This document shows positions 44,041-58,300 of a stretch of 64,000 bases of DNA, piece after piece. The stretch is from Glycera tridactyla. Lineage: Eukaryota. Below the pieces are notes generated by a model. It was not told the DNA's origin and ran no database searches. It saw nothing but the letters and a program-made list of their open reading frames with translations. Position numbers and translations under genes: made by a program. The stretch spans positions 45,880,001-45,944,000 of the forward strand of contig OZ286473.1 in the NCBI GenBank assembly GCA_965644265.1, read 5' to 3'. Each line of letters begins with the position of its first letter. Position 1 is the first letter of the stretch.

Positions 44041-45587
44041 CACCTATACCCAACACTGTCATTTTACTGATCCTATTTCTCAGTATTTCTTGGATACCAG
44101 CCCACCTATTCATCACACCGTCCCTATACAGATCCCTGTTCCCAGTATACCTGGAACACCAGCTCACCTCTACTCCACACCGTCCCTATACGGATCCCAG
44201 TTCTCACTATTCCTGGAATTCCAGTTCATCTATACCCAATACAGTTCAGATACAAGTCCAACGTCCAAGGATACCCCACACAGTCCCTATACAGATTCAA
44301 GTTCTCGATCTCTCTGGAATACTATCCCACGTGTATACTCCATACAATGTCTATTAAGATCACAATTTACAGTATCCTATGGATATCACCCCACTTATAC
44401 CCCCACCATTCTACCTATACCCGACACCAGTCTTCGATTCAAGCCACTCTCCTGAATCCCCATGGGGGTGAATAAGATTTCGGGAGAGTGAAAATACCAA
44501 ACTCAGTCTCCCGATTGGAGAGTGTATTTTTTTCAGTTGATGACAATGTGGTGAATTCAGTGTGAATAGAGAACACCAGTACTTTGACCCTCCTGATAAA
44601 GGAACCCTATTCCATACAATGGCCCTTCATATGTAAGATTCTGAGAAACTGATCTCAGCAGACCATGGGTTGGAGAGACTTATGACACGACAGAAAAGTT
44701 GGAATTTGCATCTTGACCAGGCGATCATTCACACAGATATCCTGTCCTGAAATTGACATAGTTACGGTTGGTTTTTTCTTTTGGAAATTCGGGAGAGTGG
44801 ATTTCTTTTCGGGAGAGTGATTCTGTCGATCGACGTGGCTGAGAAAGTTTCTCGTGAAGACTGCCACACAGTCTCTATACCGATCGCAGTTTCCAATATA
44901 CATTGAACGCCCCTCCAAAGACCCACACTACGCCAGTTTACATCTTCTATTAGCTTCGGCTTGAACCGTTATCCCATGGATGTGACAGTTTCGGTGAAAT
45001 ATCAGGCGTCGAGTATTGCGTGCGATACTTCACAGATAGGTGAGAACTACTTTTCAATGATTACTCTTCATTTCCATGTGATAAAAGCATGAATATATGA
45101 CTTTGAGGAAAAACGCAATACTAAACTGTGAATTTCGCAATATGTCTCTCGGCCTTTGGCCTCGTGACGTCCGCCGAAATGCATACCTTGTTTGGTATTA
45201 CGCTTTCACTTAACGACCTTATATTCTCACTATATCACAAAGCATACATGTTTCCAAAGCAGCCATCATTTCAATGTCTTTGGAGTAGTTACTAAGGCCA
45301 TGATTGATTGCATCCCCCCCCCCAAGACGTCGCCCACTAAAATGTCAAGTGTCGGATTTGATGGATTTATGTCGGGTGGCAGGAACGGGAATCGCGTATC
45401 AGCCCCATAAACATTCTGTTCTGGGTAAAGGCGTGTCAAATATGGACAGAACAGCCGTGAGATGGAACAGATGTCAATGCGGAAGTTAATTCCCCGGATG
45501 CCCCAGGGATGACTCGCCAGCACACAGATGAACATACAAACGAACCCACTTAATGGCTTATATATATATTCAGTTCTATAGTTGCTG

Positions 45588-45712
45588 TTTTTGGTTGGTT
45601 GTTTAACGGCGTGTATCAACCCCGAGGATCATGGGTGCCGTGCGTTCCTGGTCAATGGAAGGTAGATATTGTTTGTCCCCCACAGGCATCACTTATGTAA
45701 ACCCTGAGCAAA
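45588..45712 (-). repeat. Dispersed (AAAC)n-tailed SINE-like repeat (partial)
   Basis: gtttaacggcgtgtatcaacccc...ttcctggtcaatggaaggtagat. Confidence 0.55.
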
Positions 45713-46948
45713 AGGTAATGTAGGGTAACATAAACTACGTATTATCTGAAAATATGACTGGACTGCGCCCAAAACTTCGTAAGTTATAGCAGATCAAACA
45801 TCAATGGAATGATCAAACGATCTTCAAAGGGAAACAGGTGTGATTGTTTAGGACAGGTGCATGAAGCGGAACGCGGACCTCGAGTACGTGGACAACCACC
45901 TCTGCTTGCGCAAAAATGGATGATCCCATTCCTGTCCATTCATGTGTGATCAAATCACACATTCAATGCATTTTCGAGACTGTCACTGTCAAATGGACTC
46001 AACCAGCGTTCATGTGACGACGTCCACACATTTCTGACGCAAATTGTTTATCCGAAATAAAATCCGGACACTCGATTGGTGGGCAGTGATGTCATATCCT
46101 TAATTAAGTATCTTCGGAGAGACACCTAATTTTTTTTTCCGTCGGAGACGGTACTATTTTCACTTTGGGATTCCCACTCAATCTAGAAATTACTATCGTC
46201 CATTTTATGGGGTCATCCGCCATGATTTGCTCTGATTTGACCATGTTTGATACACATGTTCTGTGGGCTACCATTTGTAAACGATCGCTATTAAATCATC
46301 AGATTTGAACTGAAACTGCTTGAAAAATGTGTGAGAAACACAAGTTTTTGCATGGAACATCGGTGAATTCGGATATTGTGGATGACTGACTGTGTGAGAA
46401 CGTTTAAGAAGAAAAATATTTTATGAAAAGCGACACACAGTGGTCAAAGACAGCGCTATTATTGGGGAAACCCCTCCGTGGCGTCATAACAGCTTGCAAA
46501 CATGGCGCCTAGTGAAGAAGCTGCCACTCTATCGATAGTTCACTGTTTCTGGCGAGTATATGACGGATTCACCCAATTTATGCATGGGTTATACACAGCT
46601 GGATATGAAATACTTCATTTCGTGACCAGGACGAGTCATAATGCGTGTATCCGCCAGTAAGTTGCTCCGTAATTTAGCGATGATGTTTGTCGCTGCTTGC
46701 CAGTCAATGTGTGAGCACGGGGATCGGGGAGACCGCAAGCTGGGATCTACACCTTGCGGTCCCTTGACTCCCGTACTCGGAGCTCCCACTTGTTGAAAAT
46801 CTTGTTTCAAGCATATTCCCAGCAATGAAATTCGACAAAACTTCACAGATCGATAGAAGTATTTATTGACAATAATCGCTAAAATTAGAAACCAAGAATT
46901 TCCAATAGTTCCCCAATAATTATCGGTGATAGGTAACGATTGTGATTA

Positions 46949-47218
46949 GCGGTGATCGGGATTGCGGTCTCCCGTACGACAGCCACAGGTGCTCGGGGAA
47001 GATCGGCGTCGTACGTGAGATAGGTATTACTTTACTATCACGCCCGCCGCTACCGCCGCCGATCTTCCCCAAGCGCCTGTGCCGACAGCCCAATGACTTG
47101 GCCGAAAAGTCTGCCAGCGGGGGATGCGGGAGCCGAAACGTCCCGGCTGAAATGTCCGCCGGCCGAATCGTCCTGTATTTCTGCGAGGTACCCTGCCCGG
47201 GAACCCTCGATCACCGCA
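46949..47218. mobile_element. GC-rich imperfect palindromic element (MITE-like)
   Basis: Outer gcggtgatcg / cgatcaccgc and inner ggggaagatcggcg / cgccgatcttcccc inverted pairs. Confidence 0.55.
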
Positions 47219-48037
47219 GAGGTACATCATAAGACCGGTGTCGATGTTTCTCGCTGTTTGCCATTTAACCACCTCTCTCTCTCCCCCGCTCTCTCTTTCT
47301 CTCTCAGACTCTCTCCCCAGGGCAAGAAGACTTCATAAAGATCAACCTGCCCCCTGAATAATCTACCTGCCCTGCTTATATTTGCGAGTCATTTATAATC
47401 ATTTCTCACCTGCCCATCTGTGANNNNNNNNNNNNNNNNNNNNNNNNNNNNNNNNNNNNNNNNNNNNNNNNNNNNNNNNNNNNNNNNNNNNNNNNNNNNN
47501 NNNNNNNNNNNNNNNNNNNNNNNNNNNNNNNNNNNNNNNNNNNNNNNNNNNNNNNNNNNNNNNNNNNNNNNNNNNNNNNNNNNNNNNNNNNNNNNNNNNN
47601 NNNNNNNNNNNNNNNNNNNNNNNNNNNNNNNNNNNNNNNNNNNNNNNNNTCTTTAAATTTCCACCTCTCCGCTGTAAATCGACGACCATTCTTCTTTTTG
47701 AAGAAATTTCTTGTTACCCATGTCCCTTCCCAGCCACCGTAAGATACTGATCTCACCAGATCAACGTATCTGTGCGCAATTGATTCGCATACTGGACGTC
47801 GTCTGAGCAGCAAAAGTTTCTGACGTAAATAGACGATTATCGGCGGAAACGCCGAGAGACCAGTGGAGAATGTACCCCTGAGAGTTGTGAATGTGCACTT
47901 TATTCTCGTGGCGATTATGACCCTCGTCGTGGAATAAAAACGATACTCTTCAAATTTCATATTCACCCTGATGTAAATTTCCGGCGCGGAAGTGGAAAAT
48001 TTGCTGACTCATCATTTTGTTCATCCAATGTATCCGC

Positions 48038-48185
48038 AACCTTTCAGGTTCCCATCATCTTGTGTTCAGGGTTTGTGAGAGAGTATCTGCAGGGGAGAGA
48101 ACAACTAGATTTCATTAACCACAAGGCATACATAAGCCTAGGGTTATCACATGCCGTTAAACCTCAAACAAACAAAAACAAGCAA
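48038..48185 (+). repeat. Dispersed (AAAC)n-tailed SINE-like repeat
   Basis: Same core, with aaacaaacaaaaac tail. Confidence 0.65.
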
Positions 48186-48277
48186 TCATGCGGAGACGGT
48201 TGACAAAAAGGTCCTGATCCCACTCCGCCGTGAGCTCACAATGTAACAATGCATCCTGTTTCTTCATCGTATCTTAT

Positions 48278-48427
48278 AGCGAGAACGTATGGTTATTGAT
48301 TAAACTCACAATATACCACGAGGCGGGACTGCCGTGGACGGCACGAGGCCGAAGGCCGAGTGTCGTCCCACGGCAGTCCCACCGAGTGGTATATTGTGAG
48401 TTTGATCAATAACCATACGTTCTCGCT
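48278..48427. mobile_element. Near-perfect ~150-bp palindromic (hairpin) MITE
   Basis: agcgagaacgtatggttattgattaaactcacaatataccac ... gtggtatattgtgagtttgatcaataaccatacgttctcgct, with central ggccgaaggcc. Confidence 0.75.
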
Positions 48428-50617
48428 TTTATACCACAGATAAACTGATAAATATAGAGATACAGCTGTCTGGAGAACTTTGGTTTCACACAGATAGCGC
48501 CGCCATTGCTAAAGTAGTCCCGCTCGACTGGTGTATGAATCTACGAACATGCCCAAAGCATCAAATCGGTTAGACATTTTGGTTCCAAGGCCCCATAAGA
48601 TATACCGATTTTCCGACATTAATCTGTACATTCTTTGGTAATAAAGCAATGACCATGTCATAATTCATGACGATAATTAGATCAGGGTGCCTAAAAACCA
48701 GTGTCAGAGTATGAATATGACAGAAATGCATAGTGTCATTTTGGGGCTTCCCCAACTGATCCGCCGGTTGCTTCTCATTTTCGGTTTTTGCTAACATGTC
48801 CGTCGGTGGGCTTGGCTTGATGACGTCACAACACGCCAATCCCGTGGTGTATTTCACCAGCGTGGTGTATTTCACACAATACACCACGGCCCCGTATCCA
48901 ACGCTGGTAGTCGTATCTGTGGTATAATAAGACTGGTTGGAGCTACACCGAAGCAGCATCCTCACTTACATTTGTCGTAACCAAAAGTAATTAAATGATA
49001 TGTTGAGCATGCGACCAGACTAGTTTCAATGATAATTATCTCCAAGACTTCATACAGGCTTCATAATTCTTCATTATTGAGATGAGAACGAATCCTCATG
49101 TCCATCTCATAATTCGCACACCACATGATTAAGTGATCGAAATGTAAGATTCTAACATAATTAACATTGATATGAAAATGAATACAGTACATACATAACC
49201 CATCGGAATGTTTGTTAATGATAATAACAATGATGGTGGAAACTGTCATCGGAAGTTGTCATCAAATCTGTATAGCCACAATTTGAGGAGTGTAATAAGT
49301 TTCCGCAGCATTGCAGTCCAGGAATGTATGAACCGCATTTACCGAACGCTAGGCCTGGTTCGGGATAATACACATGTAATAATTTACTTCACATATTGTT
49401 AAGAAATACTAAAGCAGGCTGCCTAGAGTCATAAGACATAATACGCTTTTTGTATACCGTCATACTACCAGTATCCTTGATAATGGATGGGAGTTCAGTG
49501 TATAAATCTATGATAATGAATAGAAGATCAGTGTATACATGTGGGATAATGAATGGGAGATCAGAATCGTTAAGTTTATACACTAGAGATGATGATAAAT
49601 CCGGGCTTCTCGTGCACATCAATCATGATACTGTCTGACCAGTTCAAGGGCGATTTTTCTCCCCATAAGTCCAGGAGCTGGAAGTATGAGGATGCATAAA
49701 TCACTCAAACGTCGAAGAAATACCAAAAGCACATTCCATTCGGTGCGATCCATTGTGTAATAGGTCTCTGATTTTCTTCTTACATGATCTCGTTATGATT
49801 AGAAAAATACGATAAATCAGTTAGAACTTTTCTTTAGATGTCAAGTTGCTCGGAGAAGTCATACCAAACTGGCGACCGGAAACGTGATACTCTGGGACAG
49901 AGCGAGACAGAAAGAGAGACAGAAACGGAGACGGAGACAGAGAGGGGCGAGATACAAAGAGACACAGACTGAGAGAGAGAAAGATGTAAGTGACTGACTG
50001 GGCGACTGAGATAGTAAGTGGGTGAGACAGACATGCAGACAGATACACCGACACACAGTCAGACAGACCGATACACAGACAGACTCTCTCTCTCCCTCTC
50101 TCTTTCCCTCTCTTTCGGTCTTTCACTCACTGTCGCACACTCCCTGTCTCTCTCTTTCTCTTTCTTCCTCTCTATTTAGCTCTCTGTCACATACATACAC
50201 ACAACACACACACATACACACACACACAAACCGAAAAATTCAGGGTGAGAAGAACACCCTCAACCCCTGCTGCCACTGATGACAAATTCAGGCGCGTTCA
50301 TTCAATCATCAATGAGCAGGGTTAAGAAAGTAGGCAAGGTGGGAAGGATGATACTTTCCGAACCTTGCACGGTGCTGTGATTGTACAGCAACGTTGTGAA
50401 CTCGTGTTGCACTATCTTGTATACTTGCTTGGCAGCACATCTTCGTTTTCACAGCAGTACCCACCAGTATTATACAGTGTTTTGATGAGTTTTGTAATAT
50501 ATAGTTTATAATTGCTTTTCGATATCAATGTTTCACAAGTCAGTATCTGATATCATTGTATGACTCGCTACGCGATGTGTACCTGAGCTGGAAACGAGGT
50601 TCTATCCACATTATATA

Positions 50618-50779
50618 CAGTCAAACCTCTCTATAAAGACTGCCTTCGGTCGCATCAAAAATGGCCTTTATAGGGAGAGGTCATTCACTGTTGAAAATAC
50701 TACCACGGTCGCAGTTCACTGTGGTCTTTATAGGGAGGTGGTCTTTACAAAGAGGTGGTCTTTAGAAGAGGTTTGACTG
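50618..50779. mobile_element. TA-flanked MITE (same family as 23019-23183)
   Basis: ta|CAGTCAAACCTCT ... AGAGGTTTGACTG|ta; shares internal gtggtctttatagggaggtggtcttta. Confidence 0.8.
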
Positions 50780-53562
50780 TAATACAATTTTTATGCAGCC
50801 ATTATGAAGCCTTTCATGCACAAGTTCCATAGCTAGCATACCTAGAGCTTTCACATTTTCGACATGGCGCCTGTCAGAGAATGCTCAATCATGCTGACAA
50901 TATGGACCCATCTCCATCACTATCGGGTCTTCAAAACGTCAAACAATGCCACGCTTGTAGAACAAGGACACTCGTGGGCGGCTGTAGCTGTCAGGAAGCT
51001 ATCAGGCCAGTCTCCATGAGTGATGTATGCAAAAAGAATGAGTGATGCACGCAGTGACAACACCCGAATACCAGAAACAATGAAGATGATGAAAGATGGT
51101 TCTCTCTGATAATTATCTCTGGCATTACACTAATAGGATAGCCCTGGCGGATTTCATCAAACTTGTCAAAAAATACCCCCTCTCGATCACAGCAAAAAGA
51201 ACTTCAGCAAGCTGCGATGAAAAATTCGAGGGACACAACTGTACATTTTAGGTGATTTCCGCCGCTGGTCGGCAATTTCCGTGTTTGAGTTTGAGTTTGA
51301 AATTGAGATACTTTTATTTTCTTCCACGGATAACATTCATATACGGAAGTAGTAACCTTACATGATATTCAATATAACCGTGCCCAATATACTATAGAAA
51401 TATCAATAAAACAGGAATCCTATTTTTCCTCAATCCTCGGCCATCATTGTCCTGGTGCCTTTGGCAACTTCGGGTCTTACAAAGGAGGGGGATTTGTAGA
51501 CAGAGGGTCTTTATAGTGCTTGCTCACTGTAGAACACATACTTTCACAGCCGTGGTACATGGCAGGTGGGATTTACATAGGGGTGGCCTCCCGAGTTGGC
51601 GTGGTTGTACTTTGATGCTTCACACCTTTAATGGGTATAGTGAAAACTGTTATGCAACCGTGAGATTTGTTTCTGACATGATGGGTGACATTGTAGATAC
51701 GGGGTCTTTATAGAGGTTGTTTACCGTAGGAAATACTTTCACAGGTGGGATTGGCAACGGGATGGCCTCTTGAGTAGATATGGTTGTACTTCACACCTCC
51801 AATTGGTATAGTGTATACTGCGATGTTATGCAACGGTGAGATTTGTTGCTGTCACGGTGGGTGACAGCTTGACCTCCTTGATTATCGGATAGTCCATCAT
51901 CAAGTTTACTGATCCAGTGCTGCCGACTGGATTATCAAAGATCAGCCGTGTGAGTTCGTTTCTATACAGTATGCACGTAAAATACCCACCCTGTAATTTC
52001 ACCAAGAGTAAGATAAGTTCTCCGACAGGATTGCTCTATTCTTCAGCCAATAGTTATTTTTGCATGAAGTAAAATCGAGAAATACCAAAATATTTGATTT
52101 TAACATAGATACAAAGATGTATTTTTCAATAATTTTTATGTCAATTTTTTGTGTGGACTGGATGCTTTACAACCTAGCACAACTTAAGTCTCGAATAATC
52201 CTGTCTTGGTTGAAGAGACGTTGAGCCCTATTCAATCAATCAATCAATCAGTCAATCATTCACCATATTCACCCATATGGTATGCACTCTTCACTCAGAA
52301 GGGCACGTCTCGTCCATGAGCAGGCATCCCAGTTAAATCCACTCGTCAGTCTCCGCAGTCGGTTCTTCTCTGTCTCAGCTCTGTCCAAGATGGTGACCCC
52401 TCCACAATGTATGCCACCTTGCATCTATTTGTTGGATGATGACTCGGTGGTGCAGCAGTTAGTGGTGTTGGTAGTGTCTTGCTGGTGATGAGTGCCTCGG
52501 TCGAGAGCAGTGTCCTAAACTTATGATAGCTTTCATGAACCTGTCACGGACTGACATTATTGAATAGCTGAGTACGAATGATGATGTTGGTGTTGCTGTT
52601 GTTATTGTTGGAGGAAAATGACGCACCACGCCTTTTTGGGTAATTTCTTCTGACATTTATGATGTACTTCTCAACTTATGTTTACTTCATCCTAGTCCTT
52701 CGCGCATTTCGGATACTTCTCTTGACATTTATGGAACGTTTCGTCACATATAAAACACCTGTTGATATATATCCTAACCCCTATAAGCACCTAAATAGCT
52801 GTTCTATGGGAATTTATAGTACACTCCTTCGTGTATTTAATGAAGATTTATTGACTTCTATAGTACACTTGCTCATTTGAAATGAGTGAAGAAAACTCCC
52901 TGACGTCATTGTTTTATCCCAATGCACGTATGCGAATGCTGTTGAACTTCACAATACCCTCTCCACAAAAACAGATCTACAGTCCATTCTACTCCTGTTG
53001 TGACCCTCTGTTTCACGATTTTATGAGCGGAATCAGAAGCAAGACGCATCTTTGACAATGGAAAATGTGCCTCATGCATTTTCGCTACCGTCAGCATGTT
53101 AATCAGTGATGAACGAACCAGGTGCCATCATAGAGCTCCGTGAGAAAATACAGTCTGTACTCATCAACCCCGGCGACGTCGTCATCAAAAAAGAGTGCCG
53201 CCATCAGTCACGTGACCGGCGATTGTGACGTAGTTCAGCGTCGCCGCTTGAACATGACGGACTACGCAATTGATTATTTCTTCTCAGTTCTGTCCAAGAT
53301 GGTGGCTTTCCATGATAGTTTTTTTCAAACCATGCAAGATGTAACCAGTGTCGGGAACTCAACATACGTGAGAAATCTCCCGATATTATAACGGATTAGT
53401 TGTGTCGTGTGGCTCAAGAGCAGGACATATCATGGGACATGATACAAAATGATGGGCCATCTATTGATGTGTAGCTGGTAGTTGACGAGGGGCTGGGTAT
53501 GGGACCCCTGATGACAGATGTCCATGGGTCCAACGAGTAATGATTAGATTGGGTTTGAAAAT

Positions 53563-53695
53563 TTGTTTGTTTGTTTGAGATCGAACGACATGTATCAACC
53601 CGTGGGATTATGTGCGCCGCGTCTTCCTAGTCAATGAAAGCTAGATGTTCTCTCCCCTGCAGGCATCACTCTCACAAATCCTGAACACAAGAACA
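53563..53695 (-). repeat. Dispersed (AAAC)n-tailed SINE-like repeat (partial)
   Basis: gtttgtttgtttgtttg...atgtatcaaccc...caatgaaagctagatgttctctcccctgcag. Confidence 0.6.
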
Positions 53696-54512
53696 TGTGC
53701 CTTCATGAGGTCATTACAAGATTATGCCATCGTGTAATAGCTGCCAGTAATAACAGTAAATATGGGTGATGTGACAGAATTTACAGTAATAACAATGAAA
53801 ATAGGTGACACGAAACGGATGGTGAAAGAATGTGCATAAGAAATAGATGACACATGTATATATCAACGGAGAGGATAGTGTAATTACTGGGTGATAGACA
53901 TATGTCAAGCGTAGGTGATGAATGGTTCAAATGGTGCATCAAATCAACTCCTGTATGATACCGACAACACAATATCACCCATACCCATATCAATTCAATT
54001 CAATAAACTTTTATTTTGTCTCGCAACGTAACAATATTTACAATTTGTCGTTAGCCAAGATGGCTTTTTTCAACACGCGCGAGAAAACACACAAAGAATA
54101 ACGTTTATACACGAGTAATAATCATGATGATAGGCAATATTTATATACATGTTAGTATGGGTCCCAGTCACTCAGACACATATATCCAAAATGATAAACA
54201 CACACACACGCGCGCGCACCATTTATACTGATTCACAGGGACCGGATCACACACCAATCGTCCAATCATTAGACCAAATAGAGTCTCAATGAAATAAGTG
54301 ACTACCTATCATACAGGTACCAAGGACCTATACCCACCTTGTCTCATATATTTCACATTTTTTTGTCTTTCATCATTTCCACTGTCTCAGTTCATCTAAC
54401 ATCTGTAACCAATCTATTTGTCATATTTATTGTATTTATGTTACGCTCTGATTGCTTGTGCAGTATGAACATATAAATATGACCCTATATGGTCTAATGT
54501 CTTCGATCAATA

Positions 54513-55090
54513 AAGGTGGGTAGGATGGGAGTCCAGGGTCTCTTTAGATGGGCGTGGGTCATTTACTTTTAAGTTCTGCCATCGAGGATGATATGGCCTA
54601 GGTGTAGCATCATCCCTTCTCTACTTCTCAAAATCGTTTTGAGCAGGGGTGGGTTGGAAAATACCTTCAAAATTCTCTATCATCTGTGTTTAGGCATTTT
54701 CTACCAAAATTACACTGATTGCACTTATTTTCTTCAACTCTTTACTATCCCTCCGAGCTCTTTCTTATCCCTTCAGTGAAATGGTCTCAGATGTAGGTGA
54801 CTTACAGTTTGCCAGTAGCAGATGTTGTCACTATGCAAAATGAGGGTACCAGATACACCAGTTGTGGGTTATTGGGGCTGGATTGGCTAGATTGTGTGAT
54901 GGCATTGTACTGCAAGCATAGGGCACCCGTTATTGTAAATCTGGTTTGAAGTTGACAGTCCATAATTGAAGACATTGGTTGAGTATTCTCCAAACCTAAT
55001 GCTTTTCCTTGTTTCAAGTACTCCGCTTTGAAAAGAAACATTGCTATCAGGCATCAGTGTTAGCTTCCAGCCAGTTACATCGTTAGATAT
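54513..55090. repeat. Dispersed repeat paralogous to 33701-34500
   Basis: Colinear blocks gggtaggatgggagtccagggtct, gccatcgaggat, gtagcatcatcccttctct, cagtgaaatggtctcag, gcttccagccagttaca. Confidence 0.7.
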
Positions 55091-56824
55091 GCCATCATCA
55101 GCTTCAATACTGTAAGATGGGATGCCCTTTTGAAATCATGTCTAGATTCCAGATCCGGGGACCATCGGCTTCAAGAAGAACTGAGATATGTATAGAACAA
55201 TTTGTAGAAAGACTAAAATACCCAGAATTGTCTCGTGAATATGACAGAAATGTACCTATGCATTTTAGAAGTCTGACAATGATCAGATTTAGAAGATGAA
55301 AAGCATACTTTTTGTGTGAATATGAAATATTCTATGTATGGTGCATTAGAACCATGCTCCTAGGTTTGTTTGAAGGAAACTTCATGTCGAAAACTACCAT
55401 GTACATTTGATATATGGACATCCATGTGATGTATAGACAAACATGCATGAAGTTAGTATGATTTCTCAAATTTAGACGATTTTTTTTTCATTCATTGATC
55501 ACCATGTTCAAGAAATAATCTTTTTTCAAAAATCACCTGTGTGTTCGATAGTGGACTGAGTAAAAACTGTCAAAAATTATGACATGAGATAAGAATGAAT
55601 GTTATATGGCCAAATTTTGCCATTGGATCATATGGTCATGCCATCCATTTTTCTTCCATTGTCTGTAAACATGAATAGACTGTTGTGGTGATAAATGCTG
55701 TATTGAGCAAACCACTTGTCGAAAGCGACCACTTCTTCACGTCCCGAGCGTGATCGCCTAATCCAGGATTAACTGTATATTGTAAGCCACCACAAATTCG
55801 AAAATATCTCTCATATATGATGAACACTTGGTCGTATATATCATATATATGTTGAAATGAGAATAACACTTGTATGTGAATTATGCAGACCAACTAGCCA
55901 GCAACAAACTCAATCTAAAATTTTTGTCTACAACGGTATCATGTTGGAATACTTGTTTCATTTCTCTTGAAATATTACACCAATCCAGTCTCGTCTACGA
56001 CAGCTCAAATAACTTACCAATTTTTTACCCAGAATTTATATATATCTACCTATACTATATCCCAACCACATATTATGCTCATATACGAATAGATTTTTGT
56101 ATATAGAACTGTCATACTGTATAGCCAACGTTTGTACCTTTTATGTGTTATGATCTATCACTGTTTTGTACTCTGATTGGAGGAGATATGTCAATTTTTT
56201 TTATCCGTCCATGTTGAGTTTGAATAAATTTCTCTTATTCTTTTTTGAGACGCTTTCATTGGATCAATCAATAGGGGGGGGGGGGGGGTAGCTCTGATAC
56301 AGCAACGTTTGGTTGTTCGGGTTTGACGTCCTCTGAACATCCGTTGTCCAATCGTACCGATATACTGAAGGAAGGAGGAACCGCCACCGGGGACAGTCCC
56401 CACCTCTTCGCAAAGGACATCAGTGGATCTTTCCTGTGCTTAGAGGAGTAGACTCCCATTGACACAACCGACCTTCAATACCCTAGTCGGCATGCACTGG
56501 GATAAAAAAGGTGACGCGATCAAGTATTGATTCCTTGAATACCAGACATAATCACGTCATTATTCCCCCCCCCCGTCTATTCCTAACGACAAAGGTTGTC
56601 CGTGGTATCTATAAACAAATCAGAACAAGTTTACGATGGTGTTATGATGTTTTATTTTCATCTTCCATGATGACGAGAACAAAAGCTTCAAAACGTCGAA
56701 CCTGACCTTCACCGAAAGCAGATCACGTGATCGGAAGACGCTTCAGATAAGGTCTGTAGACATGGAATTATGATATTAACATCTATTTCGCTCATTATTT
56801 GTATCCAGTTCTCCTAGGTGGAAT

Positions 56825-56839
56825 GTATGCGTGTGCGTA

Positions 56840-56873
<34 letters not shown>

Positions 56874-57296
56874 TGTGTTTGTGTGTGTGTATGTATGTGT
56901 GTGTGTATGTCAGTTTGTTGCTGGTGAGGGTGCCAAACTGGAAGGTTGATGGTTCAAATCCCATACAAGCCAAACAATAATTTGGGCGTTTGGATAACAT
57001 TTCATGGACCTGTTGCCAGTACAATCTGAAAATATGTCTCTGACANNNNNNNNNNNNNNNNNNNNNNNNNNNNNNNNNNNNNNNNNNNNNNNNNNNNNNN
57101 NNNNNNNNNNNNNNNNNNNNNNNNNNNNNNNNNNNNNNNNNNNNNNNNNNNNNNNNNNNNNNNNNNNNNNNNNNNNNNNNNNTATGTGTGTGTGTGGGTA
57201 TATGTGTATGTGTATATATATTTATGTGTGTATGTGTGTGCGTGTGTGTATGCGTATGTGTATGTGCATATGTGTATGTGTGTGTATACGTGAATG
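56825..57296. repeat. (TG)n/(TATG)n low-complexity tracts with gaps
   Basis: Visible dinucleotide runs. Confidence 0.9.
56905..57046 (+). mobile_element. Diverged copy of the same SINE-like family (truncated by gap)
   Basis: GGTTCAAATCC B box; catttcatggacctgttgcc shared with the 57.6-kb and 59.2-kb copies. Confidence 0.45.
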
Positions 57297-57539
57297 NNNN
57301 NNNNNNNNNNNNNNNNNNNNNNNNNNNNNNNNNNNNNNNNNNNNNNNNNNNNNNNNNNNNNNNNNNNNNNNNNNNNNNNNNNNNNNNNNNNNNNNNNNNN
57401 NNNNNNNNNNNNNNNNNNNNNNNNNNNNNNNNNNGAATGTCTGCGTGTGTATGATTATCTGCTTTCTCTCTTTGTGTTCATTTATGTACCTCTTCAACGG
57501 TGCATGACTGTCCGTTCATATGTGTGTGTAGAGGTGATT

Positions 57540-57760
57540 CTGTGGTGTAGTGGTCAGGAGGGCTGGCAGTGGGTTGCTGGCAGTGAGTGCCTTACTCAGA
57601 GGTCGTGGGCTCAAACCTCTTATTCAACCCAAAAATTGGGCTTGGGCATTTGACACATTCCATGGACCTGTTGCCTGAATATTATGTCACTGACATAGTA
57701 AAATAGTGTGTGTATGTGTGTGTGTGTGCGTATATGTGTGTGTCTGCATATATGTATGTA
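57540..57760 (+). mobile_element. tRNA-headed SINE-like repeat with (TG)n tail
   Basis: TGGTGTAGTGG A-box-like and GGGCTCAAACC B-box-like motifs; body aacccaaaaattgggcttgggcatttgacaca shared with 59080-59330. Confidence 0.6.
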
Positions 57761-58149
57761 GTCATGCATGTATGCATTGCATGCATTCGGGTATTCATGT
57801 ATGTATGGAGGCACGCAGACAATGGACAGAAGACATTTTTTTATTCACCATTCAAGAAGCAGGGTACACATTCAATACATTCCGTTCAATCAAACATATC
57901 AAATAATGTCAAGAAACATCCGGAATTCTCGTCCACGCAACAAACGGCCATGCATACATACTGTTATCGTGATGATTTCAAAGTAAACTTGCAAATATTC
58001 TGCCCCAACACCTCCCCAACGATTTCTTATTTGATCAAATTACACAGATTCAGTACAATTATTTAGAGTTTTGAACAGATACACACAGAGCTACAATCCC
58101 ACCAGGAACGGTACCTGATACCCCCCCCCCCCCCACCACATCGCTGATT

Positions 58150-58300
58150 TTTGTTTGTATGTTTGTTTGAGGTTCAACGGCATGTATCAATCTGGAGGAT
58201 TATGTATGCCATGTGTTCCTGGTCAATGAAAGCTAGATGTCCTTTCCCCTGCAGGCATCACTCAGACCAACCCTGAACACAAGATGATAAGGAACCTTCG
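58150..58300 (-). repeat. Dispersed (AAAC)n-tailed SINE-like repeat (partial)
   Basis: Same core sequence. Confidence 0.6.
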
